Shown: positions 1 to 13,400 of the stretch, one piece after another
Layout: each line of letters starts with the position of its first letter
How positions within the stretch are numbered: position 1 is the stretch's first letter
From: Hydrolagus colliei
Taxonomy: Eukaryota
Reading direction: 5' to 3'
Assembly: GCA_035084275.1 (NCBI GenBank)
Contig: CM068756.1
Coordinates: 9,052,001 to 9,116,000, forward strand
DNA length: 64,000 nucleotides
The notes under the pieces: model-generated
Databases searched by the model: none
The model's input: only the letters and a program-made list of their open reading frames with translations
Told to the model about the DNA's origin: nothing
Translations under genes and position numbers: made by a program

Positions 1-300
1 ATAGAAATTTCAACACGAATAGCACAGAAGGTCATTCAGACCATTGTTCCTGTGCTGGCTCTTTGAAAGAGCAATCTATTCAGTCCCATGTACCTGTCTT
101 TTCCTCATACCCCTGGAAATTATTGCTTTTTAGATATCCATCTAGTTCCTTCTTGAAAACGAATATAGATTCTGTCTCCACACCCAGCAGGGCATTCCAC
201 ACTCTAACAACTCTTTGTAAAATAATTCCTCCTAATCTTTCCCCCCTTTGCTACCTTACAAACCATCTTAAATTGATGCCCTCTAGTCACTGATTCCTAC
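1..300 (-). mobile_element. CR1-clade LINE 3' end fragment
   Basis: Reverse complement resembles a CR1 ORF2 C-terminus/3'UTR (actagagggcat = TRGH; gttagagtgtggaatgccctg = VRVWNAL) with a ttctat-type tail near position 1. Confidence 0.7.
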
Positions 301-3300
301 CGAAGGTTTAGCATTCTTCTCGCAGTGTTAGGTTTTGAGAAGATATGGAGGCAGACACTGCTTTTCAGAGTTAACTTCTAAGAAAGCAGGAGCAATGTGC
401 AGTGCTTTTTGGAGCATTAAATCCACTGAGTTGAAATTTGACAGTCTCCCTTATAGGACTGCCAGGTGAATGTCAAACAGCATGAAAGTTAATTCTGCGC
501 AGGTAAATCAAATCTCTGTGAGCAAGGATTGTACATGAAGAACCCATTTGTATCCCACCGAGCCTCTGCAATGTCAAGTACAGTGCACAGATTTGCAGAG
601 GGCTGAACTGCAGTAATGATGAGATAGCTACAGCTGGATGGCTGTATTATGATTTAAATCACTGTTTCTGATGCCTTTGAGACTGTGGCTTGGGCTATGG
701 CTTTTCCTGGGGCGCAGGTTGCAACCGAGGGTACATTATTTTCAGTGAGGAAGGTGAAAGGCAGTTGAGTGGAAGAGATGGCGAGGTAAAGGCAGGTGCC
801 CCATGGGTCTGCAGTGAAGGCAGTGGGATAAAGGTAATATGTTGGTAAAGGCCCTATGGATCTTACCTTGTGTTTTACTTAAGACTAGCTACAGTGCTTT
901 TAGTCAATGGTATTGATTAGTTGATCTGATAAGTTGGCAGGTTCCCTGATGTGTTAAATTTCTTTTTTCACATGGCTGTAAGTGTGGAAGGAGTGTGAGC
1001 AGCAAGAGCATTGAATCTCAGTGGACACCAACTCTCAGGCTGCTTGTGATCAGATTTCGCCGAGCACGCCAACTCCAATCACTCACACACCAATCATTTT
1101 TAAGGTCTGAAGCATATCTGCGGATGGTTCTCAAGATGTAGATTAAGGGAACTGAACACTGGCTGTGCTCGTAAGAAGCCTCCGTTGATATTGCTTTGAA
1201 CAAAATGGCTTCATTTCTGTAGTGGGGGTGTTGCTATAATCCTAACGCCATGTTTTCTCTCCTTAAAACACACAAAGACTAATTGCAGTGCAGACAGGAC
1301 AAATCTTTGTAATCCTTGCTGTCATCTCAACTAAGTCCAAACCCATTTGTACTAACCTTTGCTGACAGAGTCACATGATGTACATAATTTCTAGTAATTT
1401 ACCAGCAGTAGATCTAACCTTTCCTCATCAAATATTCATAAAGGCATGATTCTCAATGATTTTCTGTCTCTTTCTATATTTACAGCTTGTTGTCTTCTTC
1501 CTTCTACTGTAATTTGGACACATTTGAAGTCGGATGGAATTAAACTGAACTTGGTTCAGCTTCTCTGGTGGAAAATAGGAATAATAATTTGGGGTGGAAA
1601 ATTGCGCTCTCTAACTCTATGGACCACACTTTGAACACCATCTTATTTCATACTTTTGGTGCATAGAAAATCTTTATTGTTTTAATTGCATTGTACCTTT
1701 ATTTCAATTTGTAAATCGTGAGGATCAGGTAAGAAAACAAGAAGGCCTACAATCCTCTGTGCTACTTCTTTGTGGAAATATTGTTTTAAAGATTTTCCAT
1801 GAGGTTGCAAAACTTGAATAACAGAAATTATGACAAACTGATGACGAAGCATCCAGTGAATTATGGTTTCAGTGATCACAGTGTAAAGAGACATTTAATA
1901 CAGTAATATGAATTATGTTAAAGAGTAACATTAAGATGAGCTCAGAGAGGCATTTTCCAAAGAGTCAAGGTTTATATCTGGAATAGTACCTAAGCTTATT
2001 TGTAATTGTAATTGTTTATATTAGTTCTGAATGAAATGTGGGCAATGAAACTCTCCTCAAGGGTGGCTTAAGATGGAAATAGCTTAATAAAGAGTGTTCA
2101 GCATTGATCATTTGAAATACAAAATTCTTATCCAGCACATACTTATTCTTCGGAGAATTCAATAACATTTATAAGGTTAGATCATAAAAAAAAGCTTTGC
2201 TAAACTGATTGATGGATAATAAAGGAAAGCAGGTGCACATGCCTAGGATACATTCATGTCAGGGCGTTCTTCTCTTTGTTTCCAGACAAGATGCTGTTAT
2301 GCCTCATTTATTAACTTCCAACACAATAAGTGAGGAAGATTAGATGGGAGTGAATTTTTCCAGTATGGATTTTCAGGTTAAAAATTGTCTGGGTAAGGGA
2401 TACAACTTAAATGTATCAAAGCAATGTTGTGCTTTGAAACCTTCACCTTCACCTCCACAGGCACTGTTGGTGATTTTTTTTGCTGCCAACACCAGTGAAT
2501 TTCTGTGGGAAAGTAGAGGGTTGTAGTGCATCCTTTACAAGGGTATCAAAGGTTTGGGAAGGAAACTGCCTCCTGGAGACTGGAGTGGTTTAGAGATGTG
2601 AGAGAATCCATTAAAGAGACAGCAGGGTGGTGTGGGTAAGCTGAGCTAGTTTTACTGTCGATTTACGCTATAGGTATGTGCAGAAATAATAAACTGCCAG
2701 GGTTAGAGTATAGAGCACAGCGACTGGAAGTCAGCTGTTGAACAGATGACTTATGGTTTTCTTTTGAAAAATTCAAATAAAATCGCCTTTTAGCTTTCTG
2801 AGCCTTATGTAGTAACTGCAAATAACATTCAGCAGAAAACTGTCAGTTTTACACACAAAAAATCAAAGCGTTTCTCCCACAAAATGCGGTCCATCCATTT
2901 TACAGTACATCCTGTGAAGTCCTTTGAGAGTCTCAACAATGTGATAAGGTGCTATATCAAATGCAAGGATTATTAGTAGTAGTATAGTAGCATATATGAA
3001 TGTTAGAAATTAATAATTAATCTGCAAAGAATTGTTATACATATGTTGTACGTATACATATAACAAGGATTGTTACACAGTAGCTCTTTGAGACATCCCC
3101 TGACGTGAAAGATGTCATATAAATGTAAATAGTGTGTGTATTTATATATATATACCCATATGCAGTATCATGGGAATATATTTGAAGGACGGATTGAATT
3201 TGATGCTTAATTCTGGTGTGTTTTTGTTAAGATCCACTATGTGTTTATGTGATATGTAGTTTTTTACGTGCCTTGATGCAGAAGCAACTTTGCTCCTCTT

Positions 3301-3449
3301 TCCCATTAATTTTCCTCCCTCCTTTTCTGGAGGTGATGTTTCATGCTGGGCCCTGAGCACATCATAATACTTCACCCAAGTGGTCATTCCTCATCTATGT
3401 GTCTAGTCAGTGTTAGTACTGTAACACTGTAAAACTAAGAGCACCACCG

Positions 3450-3950
3450 AAAAGTCAATACTGCTCTCACTTTCTCTATCCTGTATATACTTCTATAAGG
3501 TCTCCTCTGAAATGATCTGGTACGTTCTTCCGACATGAAAGGCGCTCTAAAAATGCAATTGTGGTGGTGGTGGTGGTGGTTTGAAGCTGAGGAGTCTTAC
3601 CTTACCTATTTGTTCTTTACAGCTTCTTCCTCTAACACTGGGGATTAACCTTTTTCCTCTCAGCATTACCTCCAGAGTTGGTGTCCAAAACTGTGTGCAG
3701 GCCTCTGGGTGCGGCTTAGCCAGAGCACTATACAGCCTCAGCATTTGAACTGAACTGATTTGGCAATGTCGCGCAGCATCCTATTTGCTTTGTTTATTGC
3801 TACCTAAGATTGTTTGGACATAGTGAGCAATGAGTTGATTCTTTCAACTTCCCCTTTGGCAAGTTCCCTTCCATGGAGTACATGTTCCATTTATTTACCT
3901 TCTTCCAATGTGTAGCACCTTGTGTGTGTCTGTACTGAACATCATAAATC
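3450..3950 (-). mobile_element. Degenerate CR1 ORF2 fragment, interrupted by an L2-type tail at about 3516-3580 (+)
   Basis: ORF 3547-3744(-) LYSALAKPHPEACTQFWTP matches the CR1 motif LYxxLVRPHLEYCVQFWSP. The inserted gaaaggcgctctaaaaatgcaattgt(ggt)n is the L2 3' tail. Confidence 0.7.
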
Positions 3951-4189
3951 AGGTAAAATCACAACAGCAATTAAAGACTTGGATTTCCCCGAATTGTGAA
4001 ACTCTCAAAACGAGAATATGCAAACATATCATCTCAGTCAGTATTTAATATGCACAGGGATTTTGAATATCAGATTGATCTGTTATGAGACACAATGAAC
4101 TTGCAAAATGCCTGAGGTACCTGCCATTCAGCGCTGCTTTGGTAACTATCCCGGCAGATGTTTTGTATAGTGTACATAAGTGAAGCTGT

Positions 4190-4520
4190 GAGCATATGTG
4201 TAGCGTTTTATTTGCATTCCTTTTTTTTATTTTGGGATGTGCGAGAACTGTTTTATTTTTTGATATGATTGATCGCTGAGGTGGCCGACATTGGTAATTC
4301 TCCTCCCATTGGAAACAATGGCAATGTCAGTGCGCATGTGAATGTCGTCCTGCCCGGGGCTAAATGCATTTTTTGTTCCCTCTGTCCTGTCACAAACTCA
4401 TTGTTAGTCAAAAAGAACCCATGCAGGGATGTGTTATAAATCAAATTTGCCCACATGCATAAAGAGCCTCGAGCATGGTGAATAACTGACAGGATGAAGA
4501 TATACAGTCAGGGCATCACA
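4190..4520. promoter_or_regulatory. Candidate conserved non-coding enhancer (Pbx-Hox plus Meis motifs)
   Basis: Repeat-free. TGATTGAT 4266-4273, CTGTCA 4387-4392, TTATAAATCA 4434-4443 and TGACAG 4487-4492. Lies in the last FTO intron, a known CNE-rich region in other vertebrates. Confidence 0.45.
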
Positions 4521-5539
4521 CAAGCATTAATACATAGCAGTGAAGTAAGCAAACGATGACCAGAGCCTGTTATCAGTGGGAAATGTGTCCGTTTTTGTTA
4601 AACAAAAATTGGATTTAGGTTTTAATACAAGCAAATGCATGGGTGAAGTAACCTGATGTTTTTTTTTAGTTTTACTTGGGACAGAAGCAGAAAGTTTTAC
4701 AAACATTTTGAATATCTTGCAGCAGCAGCGTGAGGTTTGGAATACACCTTGAACAAGTTAAGCATAACAGTCCTGGAGAATAGGGGTCCATTGATGGACA
4801 TATATGCACTGTCTGTATAAATTCGATACAGTATGTTTTTGTGGGTTAAGATCTTGTTCTCCTCCACCAGTATGAGGTAAAACATATCTTACACGTGGAG
4901 ATGACATATGGTGCTGCTCCCCAAACTACCCTGATAAACCTGTGCTTTGTGGCAGTGGTCCAGCACTCACAGCCTGCTGTGTGCAATTGAACCAGTAAGA
5001 GCAATGTTCATGATAAGTCCCTGATTCGCTGATGAAAGTAGAGGTGAGCATTCGATTGAATGGAAATTCTTCCTGCCTCAGTGGCATTTCAACCCTTTTA
5101 TAAGTTGCTTCCCTGCATAGTTGACCCCCAATGTCTTAGGGCAGAATTAGATGCACACAATCCTCAGGGGAGTCCACGCAAATACACACACACAAAAAAA
5201 AACACGTACACACACACACACACACTTATCAATCACCATCCTAAGTAAACTGGTAAGGAACCAGTTTACTGGCTGTTGCTATAATAGGCTATTAAAAATG
5301 ACATAACTTAGCAAACTCCTTAAAAACATTTAGAAAATGGAGCTGCTTTGTACAATACTGGATGAATATTACTCAAAAATAATATAGTCGTTGTTTTCAA
5401 CAGATACGTTATTTACCCAGTCACAAACATTGATCGATGTGTTGGAAGCCTTACGGTTGATACATTAAAAAAAAATCCACCCTCAGACGAACCACAGCTA
5501 AATCTCTCTGCTTACAATTCACACATTAAAAAAAAAGCA

Positions 5540-6070
5540 CAGCGAGTCCCTTGGTCCCTTTAAGTTAGGAGTGAATCTCTATTAAGGGATTTTGCAAATG
5601 GTTTTCAGTTATGCCAGGCAAAAGATGAAACGATGTAATGAGCAGCATTAAAGTGCACCCCCTCCCGCTTCCCCACACCAGCAATTATTCCAATTAAAAC
5701 AAAATGAAACTAGGGCTCCACACTGGTCCAATGTGCCAAACGCAAGTAAGATGTGGCTTTGTACAAGAGATTTCTTACACAGCAAATTGCTGATCTAAAT
5801 CATGTCACTGGTTGTCCCTAAGCAGGAAGGGATGAAATCAGTAGCTATTTCGCCCTGGACCACTCGGAACACTCCCCTCCCCCACATCTGGTTATAGAGT
5901 AACATTAGCAGATGCCTAGGAGCAAGTTGCCAGCCTGCCCGCTCGGCTGGGGAATAATACATGACTTGCAGAGGCTTAGAAGAGAAGGGGAGAGAATAAA
6001 TTAACCGTGAATAGGGATGGAGGGGAGGCAACGATGACTTGCAATCAAAATAAAGTTATAACTTGTCTTA
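5540..6070. promoter_or_regulatory. Candidate conserved non-coding element
   Basis: Repeat-free complex sequence with TAAT/ATTA cores, E-boxes (CACATCTGG, CAGATG) and an octamer-like TTTGCAAAT. Conservation unverified. Confidence 0.35.
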
Positions 6071-6791
6071 ATGTGTTTCAAACACATGAAAAAAACGTAA
6101 AGTGACAACTCCCTGGCGAGACTGGGACCAATTCTTACTTGACCCCCAAGTGATATGTCTACTTTCTCCCATCAGATTTGTCGTCGTTTTGAGACCTGAT
6201 TGATTAGGTGGGAAAAGCCTGAGGTCTGTCGGGGCTTAACAGCGACTAGTCAAGAAGGGTGGAGAAGGTGGAGGATTTGCTCAATACTGGCAGACATCAT
6301 TATAACTATTCTTTGGTTCATGCTGCTGTTTTTCTATTGCGAGAGAAACAAGGCAAATGGAATAGGGTCAATTCTCCAGGTCAGAGGTCTACTTACTAAC
6401 TTAATGGGCAAGCGTGCACAATGTGCTCACTTAATACCAACACTTTTACACCACCACTTTATCTCTTGGCCACATCCAACCTTGTGATCTGCCTTGACTC
6501 TCAAATCTTGGTCATTTATTAATTAGATGATTGTACGAATTAGGTACTCCTGATTGCAAACAAAGCCATTCAAACTTCCAATCAGTTCATGTTCACTCAG
6601 CAATTCCTAATGGCTGCTGCATTGCTACTGTTTAGGTTAGTTCCAAATTTGTGCCAGAGGTCGGGTCATATGTTTATGAGGTACTAAATTTAATAGGTGT
6701 TAAATTTAGTAAACTTCCAATTAGTTTCATTACTCTGCACCAGTTAGGTCTGCAAAGGATACAACAGGATGTGATTTGTCACTAATATAGC

Positions 6792-7700
6792 TTTTTTTAC
6801 ATATGTATAAAATATATATTTATTTAAAAACATATATATTTTCATCCCCGTGACAACACACGCAAACAACAGAACAATCCCTACCATGTAAACATACGCA
6901 AAGGCCCTGTCTTTATCCTCTCACAAAAAAAAAATTCCATCAAAACAAAAATTTCCACCAGCTTTGTGGAAACACAATTCTATTCTCATTACACACATAG
7001 ACGCCTATTATTCAATTTCCAGCACCAGGGCCTCCTCGCTTCTCTACCCTGCTGCCTTTATTTACAGGGAGCAGTTGCAAACAGGATAATCCTAGCTCTG
7101 CCATCCTTCACTTACCGGATGGCGGGCCAAACAAACCCCCCACTCTCTGATGCTCCCCCCTTTATGGGGAGAGACTTGTCCCCCACAAACAACCCACAAA
7201 AAACTTTTCGGAACACTCTTTGTTACAGGATGAATGTCCCTTTCCAAATGCTGAGCATAGATACCCTGCCTCTTTGCGCATTGTGCGGTGGCATACGCGG
7301 TGGCAGTACCCTACTCCCACTTCATAGAGTTGCGCTGACTGGGGTCAACTCCCATCTGTCCTTGGCCTCGGCCGAGCCTAAATCTAGCGCATCTCTGGTG
7401 GCGTACCCCCTGACTCTTGCCATCACCAGTCTGTAGCAGGCCTTCACCGACCTATCTCCACGCCTGAAGACCTTCCAGTTCCAGAAATATTCTCACACAG
7501 CCACACACAAAGGTGGCCTGGCTACATCAGGGATACCCTTTCCTCCCTTTTCTGGAGCCTTGTGCATTGTGTCTCTGCGTACACAATCCATCGTAGAACT
7601 CCAGATAAACTTAAAGATAGCTCTGATGACTGTGGCGGCACTTTTTCTGGTCAAAGGCCAGACTTGTGCCACGTAGAATAACCCAGAGATCACCTCACAC
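6792..7700 (-). mobile_element. 5'-truncated Tx1-type (L1 group) non-LTR retrotransposon with 16-bp TSD
   Basis: Perfect direct repeat TTGTCACTAATATAGC at 6776-6791 and 7701-7716. T-run at 6792-6798 (poly-A on minus) with minus-strand AATAAA near 6820. Peptides YVAQVWP..AIFKFIW..VRRDTMHKAPEKGGKGIPD and CYRLVMARVRGYATRDALDLG..AKDRW are typical of Tx1 ORF2 C-terminal regions. Confidence 0.85.
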
Positions 7701-10364
7701 TTGTCACTAATATAGCAGGTTACCTTTCCCCTCTAGTATGAATTCTTTATTTACATAATGGTTTGATTCTTGGTACCTTGAAGCAATGCGCTTACTCCTC
7801 TTCTGTCACACGACCCCTTCAGGACTTCGCAGTGTAGCATTATACAAAACTGACCCAGAGACATCTAATACCAGAAGGTAGGTTTCATTTTAATTATTAA
7901 AGCAAAACCTTAGCATGATCCGTTTAAATCCAATCCTTCTTAAAGCCAAATATGAGTTAATCTGATTCACTGTACTAGGGTTTTTGTTGATGTTGCTTCA
8001 GGCTACACTTGGCTGTCTCTATCCCATATACAAGCAACATTCCTATAGTTACTAAATTATTGATGATCCGGTTAAAAGCTGAAGCATTTCAGTTGGTTTA
8101 TTTTGAATTATCTCGGACATGTACTGAAATACTCCAAAGTGACAGTCATGCATGCATTCCCTTCCAGACATTTAGCTGTTTTCTCTGCTTGGTGGGAAGC
8201 TTGATAGTTTCACTCGTCTCATCTACAATATATGCAGTAGCATAGTTGTGGTTTTTAGATTCTGTCTTCCTGAAGGAATCTATTTATAGATTTCACAAAC
8301 ATTCCATTGGATGTGTGGAAAGGAATGTTGAACAGAAGCCAATTTCTGATGAATAAATAATCCCATTGACTTTGCATACAAATTTACGAGGAGACCTAAT
8401 ATATTGAAGGATGTATGTGGTTAAGCTATAATGTGTATAATTTCCCAGCTAAACTTAGATGCTATTCTTTTTTGTAGACCGAGTAGAATTGACAGCAAAC
8501 AGTTATATTCTTCTTAGTATTACATCCTTTCGTATTTTAATCATTAAACTTTTTTGGGAGAGATTCGCTGGCCAGTGAAATGAATCCAGTGTAACTTGGT
8601 GGATTTTTTCTAACCTATTGGCAATGATAACCATACATATTACTCGTGCATTGGGATTCAACTTTAGCCACTAAACCCAAGTCTTGTCAATGAATCCAGA
8701 CAAGCTCCAAGGTTACCATCAAGACTGCTGTGGTTTCCATGCACCTGCCTGGCTTTGCCAAATGTCTCCTCAGGGACAGTTTAATCCCAGGTTTAATCCA
8801 TTTTCGACTTTAGAAAGAGTGACTCCGTAAATGTTGCTCAACCCCTTGTTGCTATTTACTCTTTACTCTGAACTTTTGAACCAAAGAGATTCATCAATTT
8901 AACTAAATTGTGTCATCACTGTACTGTATTCGAGAGGTTTGACATGCCCCACAATTATGTTGCTCGACTCGATCATTTCTTTATTAAGTGCAAACGTTTT
9001 AGGTGCAGTATACGGGGGGAAAAAAATTTAAATAGAGAATTTCCCCCCCCTACACACACAAAATTATTTTGCAATACATATGCATGAAGGTAATGCATAA
9101 CGAAAGAAAGTTTATTCAGGTTTAGTCTCGGTTCAGCTGTATGAGGCTTGGCTTCTCTCCCAGTGGAGATCATGCATTCCGAATGACGTTCATTTATTCC
9201 TCATTCTCCTCTGGGCTACGTGATGAGGATTTCCCCCGGATTCTGCAGTCTGAATGACGCGGTTCTCCCTCGATCTCTGTTGGTTCCTGACAATGTGTGT
9301 AGTGTAATGTGATCTTGTATAGTTGACCTCCATCTCTGCAATTGGTTCACCAAAGGGTTTGTTAGTAAATATAGGTATGCAAATACTTGAGGGTTTTTTT
9401 TGTATTGGTACAACAGTAACTGTTTTAAGATACATATCAATAACTTTTTTTTAAATCTCATGGGAGATGTCTTCTCGTTCATACTGTGTAACTGGGTCTG
9501 TTTTCAGGTTCTGAAATGGGGGCTATAACCTACAATCCTGGAACATGCCTCACTGCATGTTGTTTACAATATCTTTCTGTCATACTCCGCGGTCCAGCTG
9601 ATTTACTGTCAGCGTTCCCATTGGCCCTTCATGAGCTCCGTTCTTCAATGACTGCCTAGGGACATCGTTAAATTACCTCTGGCATTCAACTGCTGTCCTT
9701 GTAGCCCAAGAGACTGTACTTACATTAACTTTCCTGTTAACTGCTGTGGAGCCGTGTGTTTGGTCTGCAACTGTCATTGGTGTTTTGGTTAGTTCTACCA
9801 TCCCATCAATAAGAAGGTGCAGATTGTTTTTTCATCTCAGGCTCAGTTTTGCATTGCCTTGGCCTTTTTGGTTTTCGCTTGGAGCCAGCATAATGTGTGG
9901 TGCACAGTAATGTGCTCATCCACTGTAGCAAATTTATCACACACTCGCATGATGATGCTGATTGAAACACGGTTTTGTTTCAATTTAGATTGATTCAGGT
10001 AGAGGGAAAGCATTACGATTTGCCACTGCAGTTCAAGGGCAATACATTTACTATTTGTAGTAGATTTAGGTTGACATTATTTCTCCTATACCTTATCCCT
10101 GACATTGCTGAATAAGCTCAAACTTTGTACAATTAGCACAATCAATGTTGTGACCACTTCTTTGAGAGGTGAGATCGAAAAGTATTCTCTGAAAATAACA
10201 TTCCAACTGTAATAATCTCCCTGTGTAAAACTGTCTTTGGGAGCTGCTTTTTGTTCTACAAAAAGCTAAAATTACAGGCCAGAAGTCTACTGCGTTCCAT
10301 CAAAGATTGAATTACGCAACTACGAAAATCATTATTATCTTTAAATGGTTTTTATTGAAAATAA

Positions 10365-10912
10365 TAAATTGGTCACTTCCATCCACGACTGTTTGTGGGA
10401 CACTTCTGTGCACTATTTTATAGTTTTATAGATTTTTTAGTTGCCGGGTTTCACCCACAAGTACAGTCAATTCACTTGACAGTATATTCTGTATTCCAGT
10501 ATTTAAATCGCTCCATTCCTTGACTCCTCTCTCATCGTAGCAGTACCCGCTGCCTCTGCTCTACAGGGTCCAGCCTCTTCCTTATCCCCGAATCCTCCAT
10601 TCCACCATCAGCGGCCTTGCCCTCAACACTACGCCCTGCAACTTTGGAATTACCTTCCTCAACCCCTTCGCCTCGTCCCCTCCTTCCCCATCTTCAGCTT
10701 GCACCTGAAGACCTTTCTCTTTGATCGCGCCTACGGTCACTGTCCCTCTCCCACTGGTTCAGACTCAGACTCTGCTATTGTTAAGTGTTCTGAGATGGCG
10801 ACCAGCATGGAGGGCACTATATAAATGCAAGCTAATGTTGTTATTAATCTGTGAAGCACTTTTGAGATGTCCAGGCGACATAACAAGCACTACATTGACT
10901 AAGGATTATTAT
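10365..10912 (+). mobile_element. SINE family A 3' half (10365-10492 and 10848-10912) split by an L2 3' fragment (about 10495-10847)
   Basis: SINE sequence ...cagtatattctgt resumes as tctgtgaagcacttttgaga...ggattattatt after an L2 3' end ending ataaatgcaagctaatgttgtt. Confidence 0.7.
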
Positions 10913-12864
10913 TGTTCTGGCATACTAGTTACTATTTGGTAGATCAAATAACATTTTATTTTAATATCATTTTATGTATATTGCTGATAATTGAATTGGA
11001 AGTTTTGCGTGTAAATTGTAGCTTTCTTTACGTCAGCTTTGTAAAGATACTTTTAAAGCAAACTTTGGTATAAGGTTGATTGATGTATTCTCTGCTGTGC
11101 TATAAACTGAATTGACTTTGTCACTTCTATACTGAACCAACCATCTCATGTGCTCAATACAGTATTAATCACAAGTTTGCTATGTACATAATCCATCAAA
11201 AAGCAGGTTGGTATAACAGTATGTGACCCAAAAGATTGCCTTTAAAGGCACCAGTAGTATTCTTTGCAGTGAAGCACTGTTCACGGAAGAAGTGTGAACA
11301 GGAGCTTTGTGGGCTGCCAGAGGAGCTTAACATTCATAGGTGCACTTTGCAAGGTCGAAAGGTTTTTGCAGGAGACCAAGTTGTTTCTCTGCTTTCGCAT
11401 AGCAGAAAAGCCTGTTTGTTTCCCTGGTGAGCTTGGCTCCTTAATGTACTTTTCCTGACTAGGTTTCTCCATTAATAGTTGTATTTGTGGGAGTTGAAAA
11501 GGTGACTTGCAATGTAACTGGTTTTCCCTTGCTCTTATACAGTGATATTTTGAATGAATAGGTGTTGTCCTTTTATTTCTGTATGACCTTCTCTTGAACA
11601 GCTGTTGCTACCAAACTTAGAAATGTTGATATTGGGGCAGTGGATCAGTGAAATGCTGAGGATGAAACACAACATGGGAAAAAAAACATGTTTAACCACA
11701 TCAAAATAAATCAGTGGCAGAATGTGCCTTAAGCGGCTTATGTTTGTTAATTGATAGACATGCTGTTTTAAATAAGGTAACATTTTCAATATGCTAATAA
11801 AAAGTATCCACTAAATACTAAGTGGGAAATGTTAGCTAGTAATAAATGCTTATATCACTTTATTGCATTAAACATGGCACTTAAATTGCACATTATATGC
11901 CATCTTATTTATCAGAAATCATTTTAGATATTAAATGCTTCTAGTAGAAATGATACTTTAGCTCACTGTGTAAGCCCAGAAAAGCATAGCAATTGCATTT
12001 TGCATTGAGAGTACAGTGATTTCTATTTAATTAAAATGTAAAATTACATTTTTCAAACCCAACAATTCCTTTATGATAGCTATTCAAAAAATGTAATCTT
12101 TGCCCATATGAAATATAATACATTCTTCAAGCAAAGTTTATCTGCTCTGGATATGGTTTAATATAGGCCACTTCAAAATGAACAGGATCTGATCCTGTGC
12201 CGCGATAAGGGAGAATGGATTCTACTCTGTCCATCAAATGCCTAAATGCAAGAAATTTTGATTTGTTCCACACAGCGCAGGGAGTCTAATTCAGATTAAA
12301 TCAAACTGGTAGCTTATATGGGACTTGGGTATTGCTGGGTATTTGAATAGCTCTATAAATAAATCAGTTTATTAGAGGCCATTTTAAACAATTCAGAAAG
12401 AGAGTGAGAGAGAGAGATCCAAAGCCAAGTGTGAAGTTTTATCAGAGAGGAGTTTGGAAGAGGCAGGTGGCTCACTGAGGGAGTAAAGAACCATTTTCAG
12501 ATAAGTTTTGAATGAAAGTAAAAGAGATTTTATTCAAGGTAGGGTAGAGATAATCATCTGAGGAAGTGATTGCACATATTATACGTATCTGCTTGCCTGC
12601 ATACCATGCTGATTCGAATAGTCCAAAGAACTAATATTTCAAGACTTTTATAAGAATGCTCAGACACAAAATAGCACAGCGGTATAAATTTATTTTATTG
12701 CTTTTTCCGTCTGTTTTTTGGTTGCTCCCAGGTTACTAACTTAACAGGGATTCTTATAAACAGTACAAAATTACAATTGTTTGGGAAAATACTGTTCTTG
12801 TATTCATAACTATTATCTTTCCTAGAGCATCTTGAGAATGATTTAAAAATTGTTATAGGAATTA

Positions 12865-13400
12865 CAGAGAAACCTAGAAATTGATAGCACGGAAGATGGT
12901 CCATTGTGTCTGCTGGTTCTTTGAAAGAGCAATCTATTTACAACAACAACAACTTGCATTTATATAGCGATCTCCACTGACCCACGCTCAGGTATATGTT
13001 GCACAGAGCCGAGTTGTCCTCTGGTATCTTCTCTAGCCTAAGTGGCCATTGTTCATGTTCAAGCCTAGCCCAAGAGTTTGAGCACTTTATTCCACCCGGA
13101 GATGCCTCAAAGCCATGCTAAGGCGCTATATCAAATGCAAGGATCATTATTATTGTCATTATTATTATTATTATAAGGAACACTGCTATCTTTACTCAAA
13201 GTCTCATACAAACACTTTGAAACAGAGGACTCTGGATAATGATCAGCGGTGGAAACCCTGACTGATGTTACCCTCTGTAGCCCAGGGCTGCTAAGGTCAG
13301 TTGCTATGCTACCCCCCCACCCCCCATCGTTGCCATAGCTGAGATCTCCTAACTCAGCACAGACCTGCAATGGAACCCGAAACCCGAACCTGCAATCTTC
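12865..13400. mobile_element. Cluster of nested repeat fragments: CR1 tail (-), L2 tail (-), SINE B (-) and SINE A tail (+)
   Basis: 12865-12940 resembles 1-80. (caa)n-cttgcatttatatagcg at 12941-12970. aagtggccattgttcatg and gctgagatctcctaactcagcacagacc are SINE B. aaggcgctatatcaaatgcaaggatcattatt at 13120-13172. Confidence 0.6.

Noticed and set aside
2206-2215. Perfect Pbx-Hox motif TGATTGATGG
   Set aside because: It is isolated and lies in what appears to be degraded CR1-like sequence.
6966-7436. 156-aa + strand ORF
   Set aside because: It is antisense to the Tx1 element's ORF2 end and 3'UTR, with no recognisable protein.
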